Shown here piece by piece: positions 29,590 to 39,375 of a stretch of 64,000 bases of DNA. Below the pieces are notes generated by a model. The model was not told where the DNA came from, searched no databases, and saw nothing but the letters and a program-made list of their open reading frames with translations. Origin of the DNA: Armatimonadetes bacterium CG2_30_59_28 (GTDB lineage Bacteria; Armatimonadota; Abditibacteriia; CG2-30-59-28); assembly GCA_001872605.1 (NCBI GenBank), contig MNXM01000306.1, forward strand, positions 6,291 to 70,290, in the 5' to 3' direction. Every line of letters starts with the position of its first letter. Positions within the stretch are counted from its first letter, which is position 1. The translations under genes were made by a program, and so were the position numbers.

Positions 29590-30633
29590 TCAGTCCAATT
29601 GCCCGCCGTGCGACCGACCGTGTCGGAAGTTGTTCACCAATGCCCGTCCCCCCGGCACTAGGGCCGACAGAATGTACAGCGATCTCTTGTCAATAACGGA
29701 CGGCGGCCAGCAACATGCCTGGATGAACCCTGACACGGACAACAAGGGCTGGCTGTCCGCAGCGATTCGACTGACCGCGAGCCTCTGTCCCGCCCACGTC
29801 TGAAGAGCGCGAAGCCCTCGTTCCGGGCCCGCATATCGTCGGCAGACGGCGATGTACTCGTCGAGCATTTGCATCTGGGAACTGCCACTCTTGGACGCTT
29901 CGTGCAAGCGACAGTTCGCGAGCACCCCATCGATCCTCTGAAAGAGATACTCCCGACTTAATCGAATCCAGAGGTCGAAATCCATCGCGTACGGCAGTCC
30001 TTCGTCGAGACCTCCCACGTGTTTCACCATCTCGCGCAGGAAAAATACCCCTGGTTGAGGCAGCCCGTGGGATCCTTTCAAGGGTGGGGCGAAGAGATGG
30101 ATGAGTGCTTCATGCCCGTGGAAGTGCGTGGGGAGATGCTGGAGCAATCCTCCGGACTCATTGACGAGGTCACAGGTTCCAAAGACTACCATGGGAGCCG
30201 TCTGACAGACGACTGTTTTTGCTATTGCCCTGAAGACGCCCGGACGATAGACGTCGTCTGAGTTCAGCCACCCGATCACTTGCCCGGTTGCCCTGGCCAG
30301 CCCCTTGTTAACCGCGTGCGATTGCCCCCGATCTTTCTCGCTTACCCAGTGCGCCAGCCAAGCTTCGTACTTGCGGATGATCTCCACGGAATTGTCCGTG
30401 GAGCCGCCGTCAATGACAACATACTCGAGGTCCGGGTATCCCTGCAACAGCACCGAGCGGATCGTTTCTTCGAGAAACCGCCCCTGATTGTAACTGGGCG
30501 TGACGACGCTGAATCGCGGCCACGGGTTACCGTTGGCCATCAGATCGGGCAGAGCGGGCGTCTCCTCCGTCCACGGCCATCCTTTCCGGTCTGGGGGCGG
30601 CGGCGGGAGATCATTCAGCGATGGAGATCGCAT
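29590..30633 (-). CDS. Glycosyltransferase family 2
   Basis: Start set at [17 protein letters not shown]. Motifs [27 protein letters not shown] and WLNSDD. Confidence 0.9.
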   Translation of the reverse strand: MRSPSLNDLPPPPPDRKGWPWTEETPALPDLMANGNPWPRFSVVTPSYNQGRFLEETIRSVLLQGYPDLEYVVIDGGSTDNSVEIIRKYEAWLAHWVSEKDRGQSHAVNKGLARATGQVIGWLNSDDVYRPGVFRAIAKTVVCQTAPMVVFGTCDLVNESGGLLQHLPTHFHGHEALIHLFAPPLKGSHGLPQPGVFFLREMVKHVGGLDEGLPYAMDFDLWIRLSREYLFQRIDGVLANCRLHEASKSGSSQMQMLDEYIAVCRRYAGPERGLRALQTWAGQRLAVSRIAADSQPLLSVSGFIQACCWPPSVIDKRSLYILSALVPGGRALVNNFRHGRSHGGQLD

Positions 30634-31679
30634 GATGGGCGGTCCGTGCAAGGAATCAAGTTCAAGCCAGCGAGGCGATGTCCGCTCGGACTCTCTGAGT
30701 CCGCGCTCGGACTCAAAGAGTCCGCGTCGACCATGATTTGTACCAAGTCGTTGAAGCTTGTCTTCGGCTCCCATTTCAGGATTTGCCTGGCCTTCGTCGC
30801 GTCACCGACCAGCAGATCTACTTCCGTTGGCCGCATGTACCACGGATCGATTTCAACGTGATTCTCCCAGTCCAAGTTCACATACGAGAAGGCCCCCTCA
30901 AGGAATTCTCGCACCGAATGCGTTTCCCCGGTGGCAATCACGAAGTCATCTGGCTGGTCTTGCTGCAGCATTCGCCACATCGCTTCCACGTATTCGGGAG
31001 CATATCCCCAGTCTCGCTTCGCGTCCAGGTTCCCCAGGAAGATTTTGTCCTGTTTCCCCGCAATAATAGACGCAACCCCTCGTGTGATCTTACGGGTAAC
31101 AAAAGTCTCCCCCCGACGAGGGGATTCATGGTTGAACAGAATGCCGTTGCAGGCGAACATCCCATAGCTCTCGCGGTAGTTGACCGTCATCCAGTAGGCG
31201 TACACCTTCGCTACGGCATAAGGACTGCGCGGGTAGAACGGCGTTGTCTCTTTCTGGGGAACTTCCTGCGCTTTCCCGTACATTTCCGAACTGCTGGCCT
31301 GATAGAAACGGGTTTGCAGTCCGGTTTCGCGAATTGCTTCGAGCAGTCTGACGGTTCCAAGTCCGGTGACATCGCCCGTGTATTCCGGGATATCGAAGCT
31401 GACGCGGACGTGGCTTTGCGCCGCGAGATGGTAGACTTCGTCCGGCTGAATTTTGGACAGCAGCTTGATAAGATTGGTGGCATCGGCGATGTCCCCATGG
31501 TACAGAAGCAAGCGCGCGTCCTGGCTGTGTTCGTCTCGGTAGAGATGATCGATTCGCGCCGTATTAAACGTTGACGACCTGCGAATGATGCCGTGCACCT
31601 CATAGCCTTTCGCCAGCAGCAGTTCTGCAAGGTAGGATCCGTCCTGACCGGTAATGCCGGTGATGAGCGCCTTCTTCAT
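30615..31679 (-). CDS. gmd: GDP-mannose 4,6-dehydratase
   Basis: Motifs [53 protein letters not shown] and KRDWG. Confidence 0.97.
   Translation of the reverse strand: MKKALITGITGQDGSYLAELLLAKGYEVHGIIRRSSTFNTARIDHLYRDEHSQDARLLLYHGDIADATNLIKLLSKIQPDEVYHLAAQSHVRVSFDIPEYTGDVTGLGTVRLLEAIRETGLQTRFYQASSSEMYGKAQEVPQKETTPFYPRSPYAVAKVYAYWMTVNYRESYGMFACNGILFNHESPRRGETFVTRKITRGVASIIAGKQDKIFLGNLDAKRDWGYAPEYVEAMWRMLQQDQPDDFVIATGETHSVREFLEGAFSYVNLDWENHVEIDPWYMRPTEVDLLVGDATKARQILKWEPKTSFNDLVQIMVDADSLSPSADSESPSGHRLAGLNLIPCTDRPSCDLHR
30683..30724. repeat. Two tandem 21-bp palindromic units (CGCT-CGGACTC-NNN-GAGTCCG) at the gmd 3' end
   Basis: Units at 30683-30703 (loop TCT) and 30704-30724 (loop AAA), read directly. 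Confidence 0.85.
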
Positions 31680-31686
31680 GCTTTCC

Positions 31687-32463
31687 TCAATTCCCCGTTT
31701 TCAGCTTCGCCGGAGTTGCAATTGCAACCAGATGCCAGGTATCGGCGTCGATGGCGGTGTCGAGGTCGAATGCCGGGCAGAGGTGGAGCGCCTCGAAGCC
31801 ACACGCTTCGAGGATGAACGCCATTTCCTGCGCCTGGAAGTACCGAAGTGAATGAGTTTCCTCCAATTCACCCGTCAGAGTGTTCCCCTCGAAAGCGAGC
31901 ACCCGGAACTTGACGTCGGCAACCTGGCGAGCGACGTGGAGAGTCGTAGTTGAGATTCGCAACAGTTTGCCGGTCCCCAAGGGGAACTCCCTGACGCGAA
32001 CCGGATCGTGCCCGCGCAGGATTGGCGCGGCGTGCCAGAAGTCAAAGAGGAAGACGCCGCCGGGTTGTAGGTGTGAGCGAATCGCGCAAAGAGTCGTTCG
32101 CAGGTCCTCGTTCTCAGGGATATAGTCGATGGCGTCGAACATACAGATTGCCGCGTCGAAGCGGTCCTGCAATTTGAGTTCGCGCAAGTCCTGCTCGTAG
32201 AGGTCCACGTCGAGATTTCGAGCTTTCGCCTTCTTCCTGCACTGCTCGAGCATGGCGGCAGATCGATCCACACCCGTCACGGCATACCCTCGTTCCCGCA
32301 GGCGTAGGCCGTGGTTGCCGGTCCCGCAGGCGAGGTCGAGCACGGTGTGCGGCGTCTTGTGAAAACGCGCAAATGCTGCCTCGATGAAGTCACACTCTCC
32401 GTCGTAGTCTTTGCCGGCGTAATAGATGTCGTAATACTGCGCGTAGTCGGCGAATACACTCAT
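31687..32463 (-). CDS. Class I SAM-dependent methyltransferase (TylM1/DesVI-like sugar N-methyltransferase candidate)
   Basis: Motifs [36 protein letters not shown] and [10 protein letters not shown]. Confidence 0.8.
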   Translation of the reverse strand: MSVFADYAQYYDIYYAGKDYDGECDFIEAAFARFHKTPHTVLDLACGTGNHGLRLRERGYAVTGVDRSAAMLEQCRKKAKARNLDVDLYEQDLRELKLQDRFDAAICMFDAIDYIPENEDLRTTLCAIRSHLQPGGVFLFDFWHAAPILRGHDPVRVREFPLGTGKLLRISTTTLHVARQVADVKFRVLAFEGNTLTGELEETHSLRYFQAQEMAFILEACGFEALHLCPAFDLDTAIDADTWHLVAIATPAKLKTGN

Positions 32464-32490
32464 GTTACGGTTCCTCGTCGGAGAGCTCTC

Positions 32491-32889
32491 TCAGAAATGT
32501 TCTTTGTCCTGCGTCCCGGCATACGGTCCCTGCTTGACCTCGAGCAGAACGGTGTCCTCCAGCATGCGAAAGCCGTGGCCGCCGGAAACGATGATCGCTA
32601 TATCCCCCGCAGCGAGAACGCGGGTGGCCGCCAACTCACGGGTTTCACTGTAGATGCTGATCTCGCACAACCCTTCCCGCACCATGATGACTTCAGAGGT
32701 GCCGCAAATCTCACGCTTCACGGGAAGATGCGCGTGTCGTTTGACTTCTCCACCTTCAGGATACACGATGAAACCCACTTGGAAGTTGTCCTCCGACGGC
32801 GTGACAAAGGTCGTCTTGTCCGGCCGCAATTTCGCTGGCAGGATATAGGCCAGCGGCCGGCCATCGTGTGAGATCAGTTCAACCGGTAT
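32491..32889 (-). CDS. Small cupin-fold protein (sugar-nucleotide isomerase/epimerase candidate)
   Basis: Cupin metal motif H.H...E...H (RHAH, TSEV, GGHGF) and EVKQGPY. The frame is open upstream of the TTG at 32829 to an ATA at 32889. Confidence 0.75.
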   Translation of the reverse strand: MPVELISHDGRPLAYILPAKLRPDKTTFVTPSEDNFQVGFIVYPEGGEVKRHAHLPVKREICGTSEVIMVREGLCEISIYSETRELAATRVLAAGDIAIIVSGGHGFRMLEDTVLLEVKQGPYAGTQDKEHF

Positions 32890-32928
32890 GGGTTCCCACG
32901 CTCCTTACCTGTTGGTTCGTTTCTGCAG

Positions 32929-34062
32929 CTACTTGTGCAACTTCCGCAACGCGTCGGCGATGAAGGCGATCTGGTCTTCCCGGAGGTTCGAGCTGGAAGG
33001 AAGATAGAATCCGCTTTCCCACAATCTCTCCGACACAGGCATCACGGTGGTCGGGTCCGCGTATCCGCGCTCCACCATTATCGGCTGCTTGTGCATCGGG
33101 TAGAAGAAGTCACGCGTGTCGACGCCGTGCTCCTGCTTCAGAAACTGCCGCGTTTCGTCTCTCGAGCACCCGAACTTCTCTTCATCGATGAGGATGCCGT
33201 ACATCCAGTAAGAGTTCTTGCATTCGGTTGTCGAGACAGGCGGCAACTGGATGCCCTCAATGTCAGCTAACGCTGCCGCGTAGAGCGATGCGTTCCGGAT
33301 GCGCTTCGCGACATTCTCCTCCACCTCCTCGAAGGAAGCGAACGCGTAGGCCGCCGTCAGGTTGTTCATGCGGAAGTTGTAGCCGATGTCCTCGTGAATG
33401 AAGCGCGTGGAACCGAAGGCCATGTCCTTCAGCATCGTCGCGCGCTTCGCGTGGTCATCAGAGTTCGTCACAAGGATTCCGCCCTCGCCGCTTGTCACCG
33501 TCTTGTTGGCATAGAAGCTGAAGCACGCGATGTCGCTCATGCTTCCCGCCTTTTGTCCCTTGTACTCGGTCCCGATGGCTTCGGCGGCGTCCTCGATCAC
33601 GTACAGCCCGCGCGCGCGCGCGAGCGCCCGCAACGGATCCATATCGACGGGATAGCCGTAGATGTGCACGGGAAGGACGGCACGCGTTCTGTCGGTGATG
33701 GCCGCCTCGATCAGGTTGACGTCGATACACCAGGTGTCGGGATCAGAATCCACGAAGACGGGGCGCGCGCCGCTGTGTATGACTCCGAGAGCGGTGCCCA
33801 CCATGGTGAATGTGGGGACGATCACTTCGTCGCCCGGACAGATCCCCAAGGTGGCAATGGCGAGGTCCAGAGCGGTGGTGCCGCTGGTGGTAGCGATGCC
33901 GTGCTGCACGCCGACGTACGCGCCGAAACCCTCCTCCAGTTTCCGGATGAAGTTGACCTCCTCATCCAGACACACGGAGGAAACCCAGTTCCGGTCGACG
34001 ACAGCGTTGATGTACTCCTTCGCGTTCCTGGGGATGACGGGGATACAGACGGGGATTGGCAT
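32929..34062 (-). CDS. DegT/DnrJ/EryC1/StrS aminotransferase (GDP-perosamine synthase-like)
   Basis: Motifs SGTTAL, VHIYG, IEDAAEA, SFYANK.VTSGEGG (PLP Lys) and GYNFRM. Lies close to gmd. Confidence 0.9.
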   Translation of the reverse strand: MPIPVCIPVIPRNAKEYINAVVDRNWVSSVCLDEEVNFIRKLEEGFGAYVGVQHGIATTSGTTALDLAIATLGICPGDEVIVPTFTMVGTALGVIHSGARPVFVDSDPDTWCIDVNLIEAAITDRTRAVLPVHIYGYPVDMDPLRALARARGLYVIEDAAEAIGTEYKGQKAGSMSDIACFSFYANKTVTSGEGGILVTNSDDHAKRATMLKDMAFGSTRFIHEDIGYNFRMNNLTAAYAFASFEEVEENVAKRIRNASLYAAALADIEGIQLPPVSTTECKNSYWMYGILIDEEKFGCSRDETRQFLKQEHGVDTRDFFYPMHKQPIMVERGYADPTTVMPVSERLWESGFYLPSSSNLREDQIAFIADALRKLHK

Positions 34063-34092
34063 GGCGCTTGTTCTCTTTCTCCTGTTAAATGG

Positions 34093-35394
34093 CTAAAGTC
34101 CGTGGTTAGATCGCGATGTGAGACGTTCCCTCGCATCTTCGAGAATCTCTGCAAGGCGCTGTCGGTGATCTTCCACTGTGAACCGGGCCAGCCTCTTGGA
34201 ACCGCGGGCGATGAGGTCTTGTCGAACCTGATCATCCGTCCACACCTTCCGAATGGCCTCCGCCAGCGCGCAGGTGTCTTTCGGGTCGGCAAGCAACGCC
34301 GCGTCGCCCGCCTGTTCCCGGATGCCCCGAATGTCGGAAGTGATCACCGGGCAACCCATCGCCCACGCCTCCCACACGGGGATGTTCGCTGGTCCAAAGA
34401 ACGTGGGCATGACCAGGGCCACAGCCCCGGCGTAAAGCGCGGACATGTCCTCGTCCGGCAGGTATCCGCAGTAGTGAATCAGATGAGATACCTGCCCGAA
34501 TTCGGCCATGTGAGCGACCAGAGAAAAATAGTCCTGCCGGATATTGCTGCTGGCGGAGCCACAAAACACGACGGGGATTTCCAGTCCCGTCGACAGCTTC
34601 AGGCGCTCCAGCGCCTGCACGATGCGCGCCTGATTCTTGTGCGGCCAGAATTGCGCGGGATAGAACAGATACCGCTCCGGTAGGTCGTACTTCTGGCGCG
34701 TCCGCTTGATTTCGTCGGAGGACACCCCACCGTGCAGGTAGTCAGCGGGAAGCGTCGGCAATACCTTCACTCTGCCCGGTGTGACCCCGTAGGGTTCATA
34801 GAAGGTCAGCACGTCTTCCTTTCCCGCTTCGGAGTCGACCAGCACGAAGACCGCATGACGCGCACAGTTGCGGAACAGGTACTCCCGTCGCTCCCATTCC
34901 CCGTTGGCAGAAGTCTCCGCAAACTCCGGCTGCAGGCGGTGTTGCAGGTCGTGTATCGCCGTGATGTAAGGCACGCGAGCCTCAAAGGAAATGGTCTCAG
35001 TAGAGGGATACAGCATCAAATCGGCGCCGTGCTCACGGAACCACTGCCCGTGTTCATCGTTCCACTGAATGTCATCTGGATGCGGCACTGGCAGAGACCG
35101 TTTGCATTTCCGGAGAAACTCACGCAGGGGCCCATCGTCCCCGATGCCTTTAAGCAGCCTCTCTCGAATTCCCTGCTTTCCACCGGACGGATGCGGTGCA
35201 TGGATGGAAAGCCTCTCGGCACCGCTGGCGTATAGACTCTCAACTTCATGAAGGGCCTTCTGGTCAGCAAACAGAACCATCTCATCACCCGAAGCACCGC
35301 GCTGCCATTCCATCAACGCGCGCAGCATACTGAGCGTGTACTGAAACACCCCCCCACCGCCGCGGTCAAGCTGAGCGTAGAAACCAATCTGCAT
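34093..35394 (-). CDS. Glycosyltransferase family 4 (MtfB/WbpY-like)
   Basis: Motifs IHDLQH, YPAQFWPHKN and PTFFGPANIPVWEA. Confidence 0.88.
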   Translation of the reverse strand: MQIGFYAQLDRGGGGVFQYTLSMLRALMEWQRGASGDEMVLFADQKALHEVESLYASGAERLSIHAPHPSGGKQGIRERLLKGIGDDGPLREFLRKCKRSLPVPHPDDIQWNDEHGQWFREHGADLMLYPSTETISFEARVPYITAIHDLQHRLQPEFAETSANGEWERREYLFRNCARHAVFVLVDSEAGKEDVLTFYEPYGVTPGRVKVLPTLPADYLHGGVSSDEIKRTRQKYDLPERYLFYPAQFWPHKNQARIVQALERLKLSTGLEIPVVFCGSASSNIRQDYFSLVAHMAEFGQVSHLIHYCGYLPDEDMSALYAGAVALVMPTFFGPANIPVWEAWAMGCPVITSDIRGIREQAGDAALLADPKDTCALAEAIRKVWTDDQVRQDLIARGSKRLARFTVEDHRQRLAEILEDARERLTSRSNHGL

Positions 35395-35451
35395 TTGCGC
35401 TACCGATTCTCCTGTGGCGTGGACTCGCGCTGACGCGTTCGTTGGCTTGCT

Positions 35452-36420
35452 CTACACATCCAGCCAGTTGTCCTTCTCGATCAGGCGCCGCAATCGCGCA
35501 TCGGTGAGGATTCGGGCGATGTAGGTCACGTAGTTGCACTGGCGATCGCGGCGCAGCATGTAGTCGACAAGCTGTTCGGTTGGCTGGAGGGGACTATCAA
35601 TGCTGTAAAGTCCCAGCTTCACCCCTGCTTTGGCGAAATGCGTAAGGACCTGCAGTTTGTCCGCCCGTCGCAGTCGATACGCGGCCGCTGCGTCGCTCTG
35701 TCCGTTGATACGCATCCGGTTGCGGAGGTATCGGAACCCAATCCTCGACGCGTCCTGAACGTGCCACCCGATTGCGGCAGGATTCCAAAATATCCTTCCT
35801 CCGCTCGCGTAGACCTTATTGCACAACCCAACTTCGCCGTCCCCAACGAGACGGAGGTCGCCCGGGGCGCTGCAAGGATTGTAGCCGCCCACTCCCATGA
35901 GCATCTCTCTGCGGATCGAGAGGTTGCCGGCATTCACCGAAACGGGAAAGGTGAGTTCCTTGAACTGCGGACCGTAATTGATCTCACCGAGAATCTCTCG
36001 GTAGCTGGCTAAGAACTCTTGTGGTTCTCCATTGATCCACCGGAGAATGATTCTGCCTCCCACGCAACTGACCTTCGGGTCTTCATACGGCTGGGTCATC
36101 TGCCGCACCCAGCTCGAGTCAACGACCACGTCATCATCGATCAATCCCAGTATCTCTCCGTTGGCAGATTTGAAACCGGTGTTCCGTGCATAGTGGCTTC
36201 CAGGCTTCGGCTCATACTGATAACGGATCGGGATGGGAGACGCAGTGCTCATCTCCTCGACCACGGCTCGAGTGTTGTCCGTTGAAGCGTTATCGACCGG
36301 CACGATCTCGTAGTCGCAACCGGGACTCTCCTGATGGGTGAGAGCGTAGACGACCTCGCGCAGAAGTGCGCCGCGATTGAAGGTGGGAATGATGACGGAA
36401 AACTGTATCATTCTGGGCAA
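35452..36420 (-). CDS. Glycosyltransferase family 2
   Basis: Motifs SVIIPTFNR, VDNASTD, ARNTG, IDDD and GDGE. Confidence 0.88.
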   Translation of the reverse strand: MPRMIQFSVIIPTFNRGALLREVVYALTHQESPGCDYEIVPVDNASTDNTRAVVEEMSTASPIPIRYQYEPKPGSHYARNTGFKSANGEILGLIDDDVVVDSSWVRQMTQPYEDPKVSCVGGRIILRWINGEPQEFLASYREILGEINYGPQFKELTFPVSVNAGNLSIRREMLMGVGGYNPCSAPGDLRLVGDGEVGLCNKVYASGGRIFWNPAAIGWHVQDASRIGFRYLRNRMRINGQSDAAAAYRLRRADKLQVLTHFAKAGVKLGLYSIDSPLQPTEQLVDYMLRRDRQCNYVTYIARILTDARLRRLIEKDNWLDV

Positions 36421-37349
36421 GCCGACTCCGCTGGTAGCAGAGCGTTTTCTTTCAGGAATGTGACGAAGCGATTGGTCATCGACTTCAGTTCGGTCGCCGA
36501 AAGCTTCGGCATATTCGCCTTCTGCTTATTCTCTCGCTGCTGGTTTGTCCGTCGTGTGAGGCACTTTGCCAATGCCTCTTCTTCAACTGCCACTCCGAGG
36601 AATTGGGACAAGCTATGGATGCTATCCGGTTGGCTGAGTTCCGGGGTCTCCATCCTGAAGATGGGGACCGATGGGTGTTCGCGCTTCAGGCTCTCCACTC
36701 TTGCCTGGATCTCGAACACGTACCACAGACACCGGTAGTATGGATGCTGGAACTCCGGGTACTCCCAGAATTCGTCAGTGAGCCTGATGTGATTTTGGGT
36801 GATCCCTGGATCCAGATACCAATGGTTTCCCTCGGGGTCGCCGGGAATCTCCCCCAGTTGATAGATGCTGTGTGCAGTCTCTTGGGGATCTCTGATCAGA
36901 TGGACTACTCTGATCTTCGCACCAAAATGCTGAATTGCGTAGTCAGAGAAGGACTTGATGAACATGTGATTGGTCTCCACGTAGTACCGGGCATTCCCCT
37001 CCGCACAGGCGCGGTAGATAGCCAGCAGCTTCCTGCTGTGAAAACACCTCCGAGCCGCGCCGTCAGTGCCGCGGTTCTTACGGATCATCATGGTGCCATT
37101 CATCACAGGCTCCGGCTCGTGGAGAGACACATAACCCGGCACGCAAGAGATGATCTGGGTCAGCTTCTGACTGCCCGACCGTCCTGTTGTGGCGACAAAA
37201 GTGTAGTGGTCCACCTCCGCACATCGCTCCTGGAATGCCAAGCGTTGTCTCCTGCGCCAGGGGGGATCCACGAAGTCGGTTGCCCCCAACAACAGGTTGC
37301 CCGCGTTCCCTTCGACATCGCGGAGTCGTCTTTTCAGGTCTGAAATCAT
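36408..37349 (-). CDS. Sulfotransferase-like protein
   Basis: 5'-PSB-like loop TTGRSGS, HEP, and 3'-PB-like VVHLIRDP. Confidence 0.6.
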   Translation of the reverse strand: MISDLKRRLRDVEGNAGNLLLGATDFVDPPWRRRQRLAFQERCAEVDHYTFVATTGRSGSQKLTQIISCVPGYVSLHEPEPVMNGTMMIRKNRGTDGAARRCFHSRKLLAIYRACAEGNARYYVETNHMFIKSFSDYAIQHFGAKIRVVHLIRDPQETAHSIYQLGEIPGDPEGNHWYLDPGITQNHIRLTDEFWEYPEFQHPYYRCLWYVFEIQARVESLKREHPSVPIFRMETPELSQPDSIHSLSQFLGVAVEEEALAKCLTRRTNQQRENKQKANMPKLSATELKSMTNRFVTFLKENALLPAESACPE

Positions 37350-37406
37350 GAGTGGGCGGCTCAGAGATTCTCCCAGCGAACCATCACGTCTACTCGCGGT
37401 GTCGCT

Positions 37407-37906
37407 TCACTGCACTTCAGCAAATGGCAGGTGGGACATGGATAAAAAGATCGTTTCATCGCTCTGCCGGATGGGATGGTTCCGGCACTCCGCCGGAGTC
37501 ACCGCAGGAATCAGGTCGAGTGCGATGTCATCCCTCAGATAGAAGGCGTTGTAGCCAAACCTATTGGTCCCAACAAGTCGGTAGCCCTTGGTGTTCGCCA
37601 GACTTGTCAGCGCTGGCAACGAGGCTCCGTGGTAGTGGGGATGTTGCGCCGCGTCGTAGCCCCAGTCCGGGTCGTAGGGAACCGTTATGCTGCGCAAGCC
37701 GACTGGATGAATGAGTGGAAGCCCACGCCAGGAATATGCGGCAGAGGCAGTCCATGGTCGATAGGAGCTCGATAATGTGACGCGAACACGGTCTGTTCCA
37801 CTTTGTCCGTGACACTTCTCTGCTCAGCCAATATCGGGCGCATCTCCCGAAGCAGCGGCGCGAGCGCCTTTCGGCACAATTGTTTCACTTTTCGCTTCAT
37901 CAGCAT
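37407..37906 (-). pseudogene. FkbM-like methyltransferase remnant with an internal deletion and frame change
   Basis: The N-terminal piece (37685-37906) ends ...LPLPHIPGVGFHSF.Q. The C-terminal piece (37407-37697) is in another frame: RSITVPYDPD...YHGASLPAL..LA..KGYRLVGTN..GYNAFY. The central SAM-binding core expected between them is absent. Confidence 0.65.
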
Positions 37907-37929
37907 TTCTCAGAAAGCCGAACAAGCTG

Positions 37930-38008
37930 CTCATCCATGATGAAATCCTGCCCATCCATGATCCGCTCGCAAAGGAAGTCCACAAATGGGGTCCGCTCCC
38001 GGTAGCAG
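37930..38008. repeat. Direct repeat copy A, duplicating the 3' end of the capsule-synthesis gene
   Basis: Matches 40908-40985 except for GATG vs AACA and one extra G. Confidence 0.92.
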
Positions 38009-38036
38009 TGTGCGTGTAGATAGAGCGGCAGCAAGG

Positions 38037-39284
38037 CTACCTCTGCAGCAAGTAATCGAGGATGGCGCGCCCTTCCTGAGCAAGGGAAGAGAGACTATAC
38101 TGACTGTACACGAGTTCTGTTAGGTTGATGGCCAAGCGATTCGCTTCGTCGGGCTGGGTGATCAGCATGGTAATGGCGTCTGAAAAAGATTGCGGATCAT
38201 CCGCAAGAAGGATATCTTTTCCGTGCGTTACAGCGAGTCCCTCTGCTCCAAGGGTTGTAGATACCACTGGGACGCCGCTCGCGCCGGCCTCCAATATCTT
38301 GAATCGCGTGCCCGACTCAAATCTCAAAGGCACGAGGGCAATATCTGCATGGCACAGGTAGGGCAGTACCGATTCCACCTGTCCGGCAACTGTTACGCCA
38401 GGCCCCCCCAAATCAGCGAGCGCTTCCTTCGAGCCAGATCCCACAATGCAAAGATGAACTCCCGGCACTCGTTGTCGCACCAAGGGGAGAATCTCTCTAG
38501 TGACCCACCGAGCCGCATCCTCCATGGGACTTCCAGCCCCAAAACTGCCGGCAAGATGCAGGCAGGGCTTAATGAGCATTGGAGGCGCTGGCGGGCGCTG
38601 GCGATAGGATTCCATGTCGATGGCGTTCGAGAAAATGTGGACTTGCCGTGGGTGCCTGGCCAACTTCAGATAGTAGTCAACGTCCACAGGGGACACGGCC
38701 GTGGTCACATCGGCCAGACGTGTCCCTCTTACCTCCTCGAATTCCTTTTGCCTGCCTGCTTTCTCTATCCGTTTGGCTTCTCGTCCCGCCGTCGCGTAAG
38801 GGATTCCCCTTAGGAGAAAGCGTGACCAAACGCTGTCCGTGTCCACGACTACGCGGCGGCAGGAGTTTTGCTTGAGGTAGTCCAGCAGCGGGTAAGAGAT
38901 GTTCCCGTAACCCAACCAGATCACATCGGCCCCCACCGCGTCTGCCGTCTCGAACACATGCCGAAAACTGACCCGCCTCTCCAGATCTACCAGATTTCTC
39001 CCCAGCACCCTCCTGGCAAGGTAGTTCACACCTTTGGGCACGAATAGCTCATGAGATGTACCAGCGAATAACGGATCGAAGTGGAGACATCTGCACAACG
39101 AGGAGAAGAAGGATACCGCTTCTGGGCCCCCGATTGCCTTTACGGATAGTCTGCAGTGAAGGTGCAGGTTACACACCCGTGAAAGGGCCTTGATTGAGTT
39201 CTCGATCCGCAAAGCTGGACCACCAACCGGTGGGTGCTGCAGAACAGGGGTTGTGAACAGTACGGTCGGTGTGCCTATCGGCAT
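38037..39284 (-). CDS. Glycosyltransferase family 4
   Basis: Motifs VLFTTP...PP.GG..LR and VPLRFESGTRFKILEA..GVPVVST.LGAEGL. The long upstream extension in the ORF track overlaps the next gene. Confidence 0.85.
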   Translation of the reverse strand: MPIGTPTVLFTTPVLQHPPVGGPALRIENSIKALSRVCNLHLHCRLSVKAIGGPEAVSFFSSLCRCLHFDPLFAGTSHELFVPKGVNYLARRVLGRNLVDLERRVSFRHVFETADAVGADVIWLGYGNISYPLLDYLKQNSCRRVVVDTDSVWSRFLLRGIPYATAGREAKRIEKAGRQKEFEEVRGTRLADVTTAVSPVDVDYYLKLARHPRQVHIFSNAIDMESYRQRPPAPPMLIKPCLHLAGSFGAGSPMEDAARWVTREILPLVRQRVPGVHLCIVGSGSKEALADLGGPGVTVAGQVESVLPYLCHADIALVPLRFESGTRFKILEAGASGVPVVSTTLGAEGLAVTHGKDILLADDPQSFSDAITMLITQPDEANRLAINLTELVYSQYSLSSLAQEGRAILDYLLQR

Positions 39285-39375
39285 CGTGCCATGTCCCAAA
39301 TTCAGTCCCACCTCTCTTTGGCCAGTGAGTTTCTGCGCCGAGGCGTTGTCGCCTTGGAATGCAGGGTTGACCGAA

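Noticed and set aside
30683..30724. Mini-CRISPR array
   Set aside because: Only two abutting 21-bp units with no spacers, and no cas genes in the window.
33394..34683. 429-aa plus-strand ORF, and similar long ORFs such as 45576-46688, 44172-45083 and 27037-27942
   Set aside because: They are antisense shadows of well-supported minus-strand genes in GC-rich DNA and have no motifs.
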